This document shows, piece after piece, positions 63,367 to 64,000 of a stretch of 64,000 nt of DNA (its first letter is position 1; every line of letters starts with the position of its first letter). The notes beneath the pieces were generated by a model that worked only from the letters and a program-made list of their open reading frames with translations, had not been told where the DNA came from and did not search any database. Source of the stretch: Calcarisporiella thermophila CBS 279.70 (taxonomy: Eukaryota; Fungi; Calcarisporiellomycota). The stretch lies in contig NW_027192203.1 in the NCBI RefSeq assembly GCF_041956535.1, forward strand, positions 493,406 through 557,405, written 5' to 3'. A program made the translations under genes and the position numbers.

Positions 63367-63433
63367 ACGCGAAACGCGAACCCCCCTCTCCAAAATTAAA
63401 CGCGTAAATCGCGGAATAAATTGAATTTCGCGT
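63367..63433 (+). promoter_or_regulatory. Cluster of MCB/SCB/E2F-like CGCG elements upstream of dUTPase
   Basis: ACGCGAAA 63367, ACGCGAA 63374, ACGCGT 63400, TCGCGGAA 63409, TTTCGCGT 63426, all in AT-rich context. Confidence 0.75.
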
Positions 63434-63578
63434 CATTGAAAAATTGAAATCCACGTAAAATGCTACCCGTCAACAAAACCTCGAGAGCGTGCTTCTTTTT
63501 CTCTTTTGCAATTTTCTCCAATTCTGTATTATTTTTATTTTTATCTCTCAAGACTTTCACCTTTGGTACAAATTCATC

Positions 63579-64000
63579 ATGACTATTGATCAAAACCAGA
63601 CTCCTGAGGTTGCGACTAATAATCTCAAGAGGGCCAGGGAGAATGACTCTACTGCCGCCGACCTTGCCCCTGTCTCGGCTATCCGGCTGCTTGTTAAGCG
63701 CCTAAGCGACAAGGCAAAACTCCCCACAAGGGGCTCTCCATTTTCTGCGGGCTACGACTTGTACAGGTGTGTTTCGAGTTCCTATGGACATGACCTATGA
63801 TAAAATTCTAACCAATTTCGGCTTTATTTTTATTAAACAGCGCGGCAGACATCACGATTCCAGCGCGTGGAAAAGCGCTTATCCCCACTGATCTCTCTAT
63901 TGCCGTTCCTTCTGGAACTTACGGTCGCGTCGCTCCTCGTAGCGGCCTGGCCTTGAAACATTTTCTGGACACTGGTGCCGGAGTCATTGATGCCGATTAC
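63579..64000 (+). CDS. DUT1: dUTP pyrophosphatase (partial; runs off the window end)
   Basis: [37 protein letters not shown]. Confidence 0.97.

Noticed and set aside
1-64000. Selenoprotein recoding, CRISPR arrays, tRNA/rRNA genes, intact transposons
   Set aside because: No in-frame TGA was needed in any reconstructed gene, and no spaced repeats, cloverleaf or transposase/RT motifs were seen by eye; tRNAscan, Infernal and SECISearch were not run

Overview
Gene-dense eukaryotic DNA with short GT-AG introns. It is most consistent with an early-diverging (non-Dikarya, Mucoromycota-like) fungus, inferred from intron style and gene content (SMPD4, TTC1, DIS3L2, NDUFB7, TrhO/YceA-like, fungal COX7/SUR2/Fpk1-type kinase). 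About 27 protein-coding genes were reconstructed by hand-splicing. Several (NDUFB7, COX7, OXLD1-like, Borealin-like, HARE-HTH protein) are absent from or only partly visible in the ORF track. No rRNA, tRNA, CRISPR array or intact transposon was recognised. There is one scaffold gap (45189-45752) with duplicated flanks. Best leads: (1) an unannotated 39-aa single C2H2 zinc-finger microprotein gene; (2) an intron-containing, apparently mitochondria-targeted homologue of the bacterial tRNA-U34 hydroxylase TrhO/YceA; (3) a standalone HARE-HTH winged-helix protein within a C2H2/HARE-HTH/bZIP regulator cluster; (4) a bZIP leader with a CRE site, a uORF and a probable 5'-UTR intron; (5) mixed E2F-type and MCB/SCB-type sites upstream of Borealin and dUTPase; (6) an orphan 7TM protein. 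All family assignments come from motif recognition by eye, not database searches.
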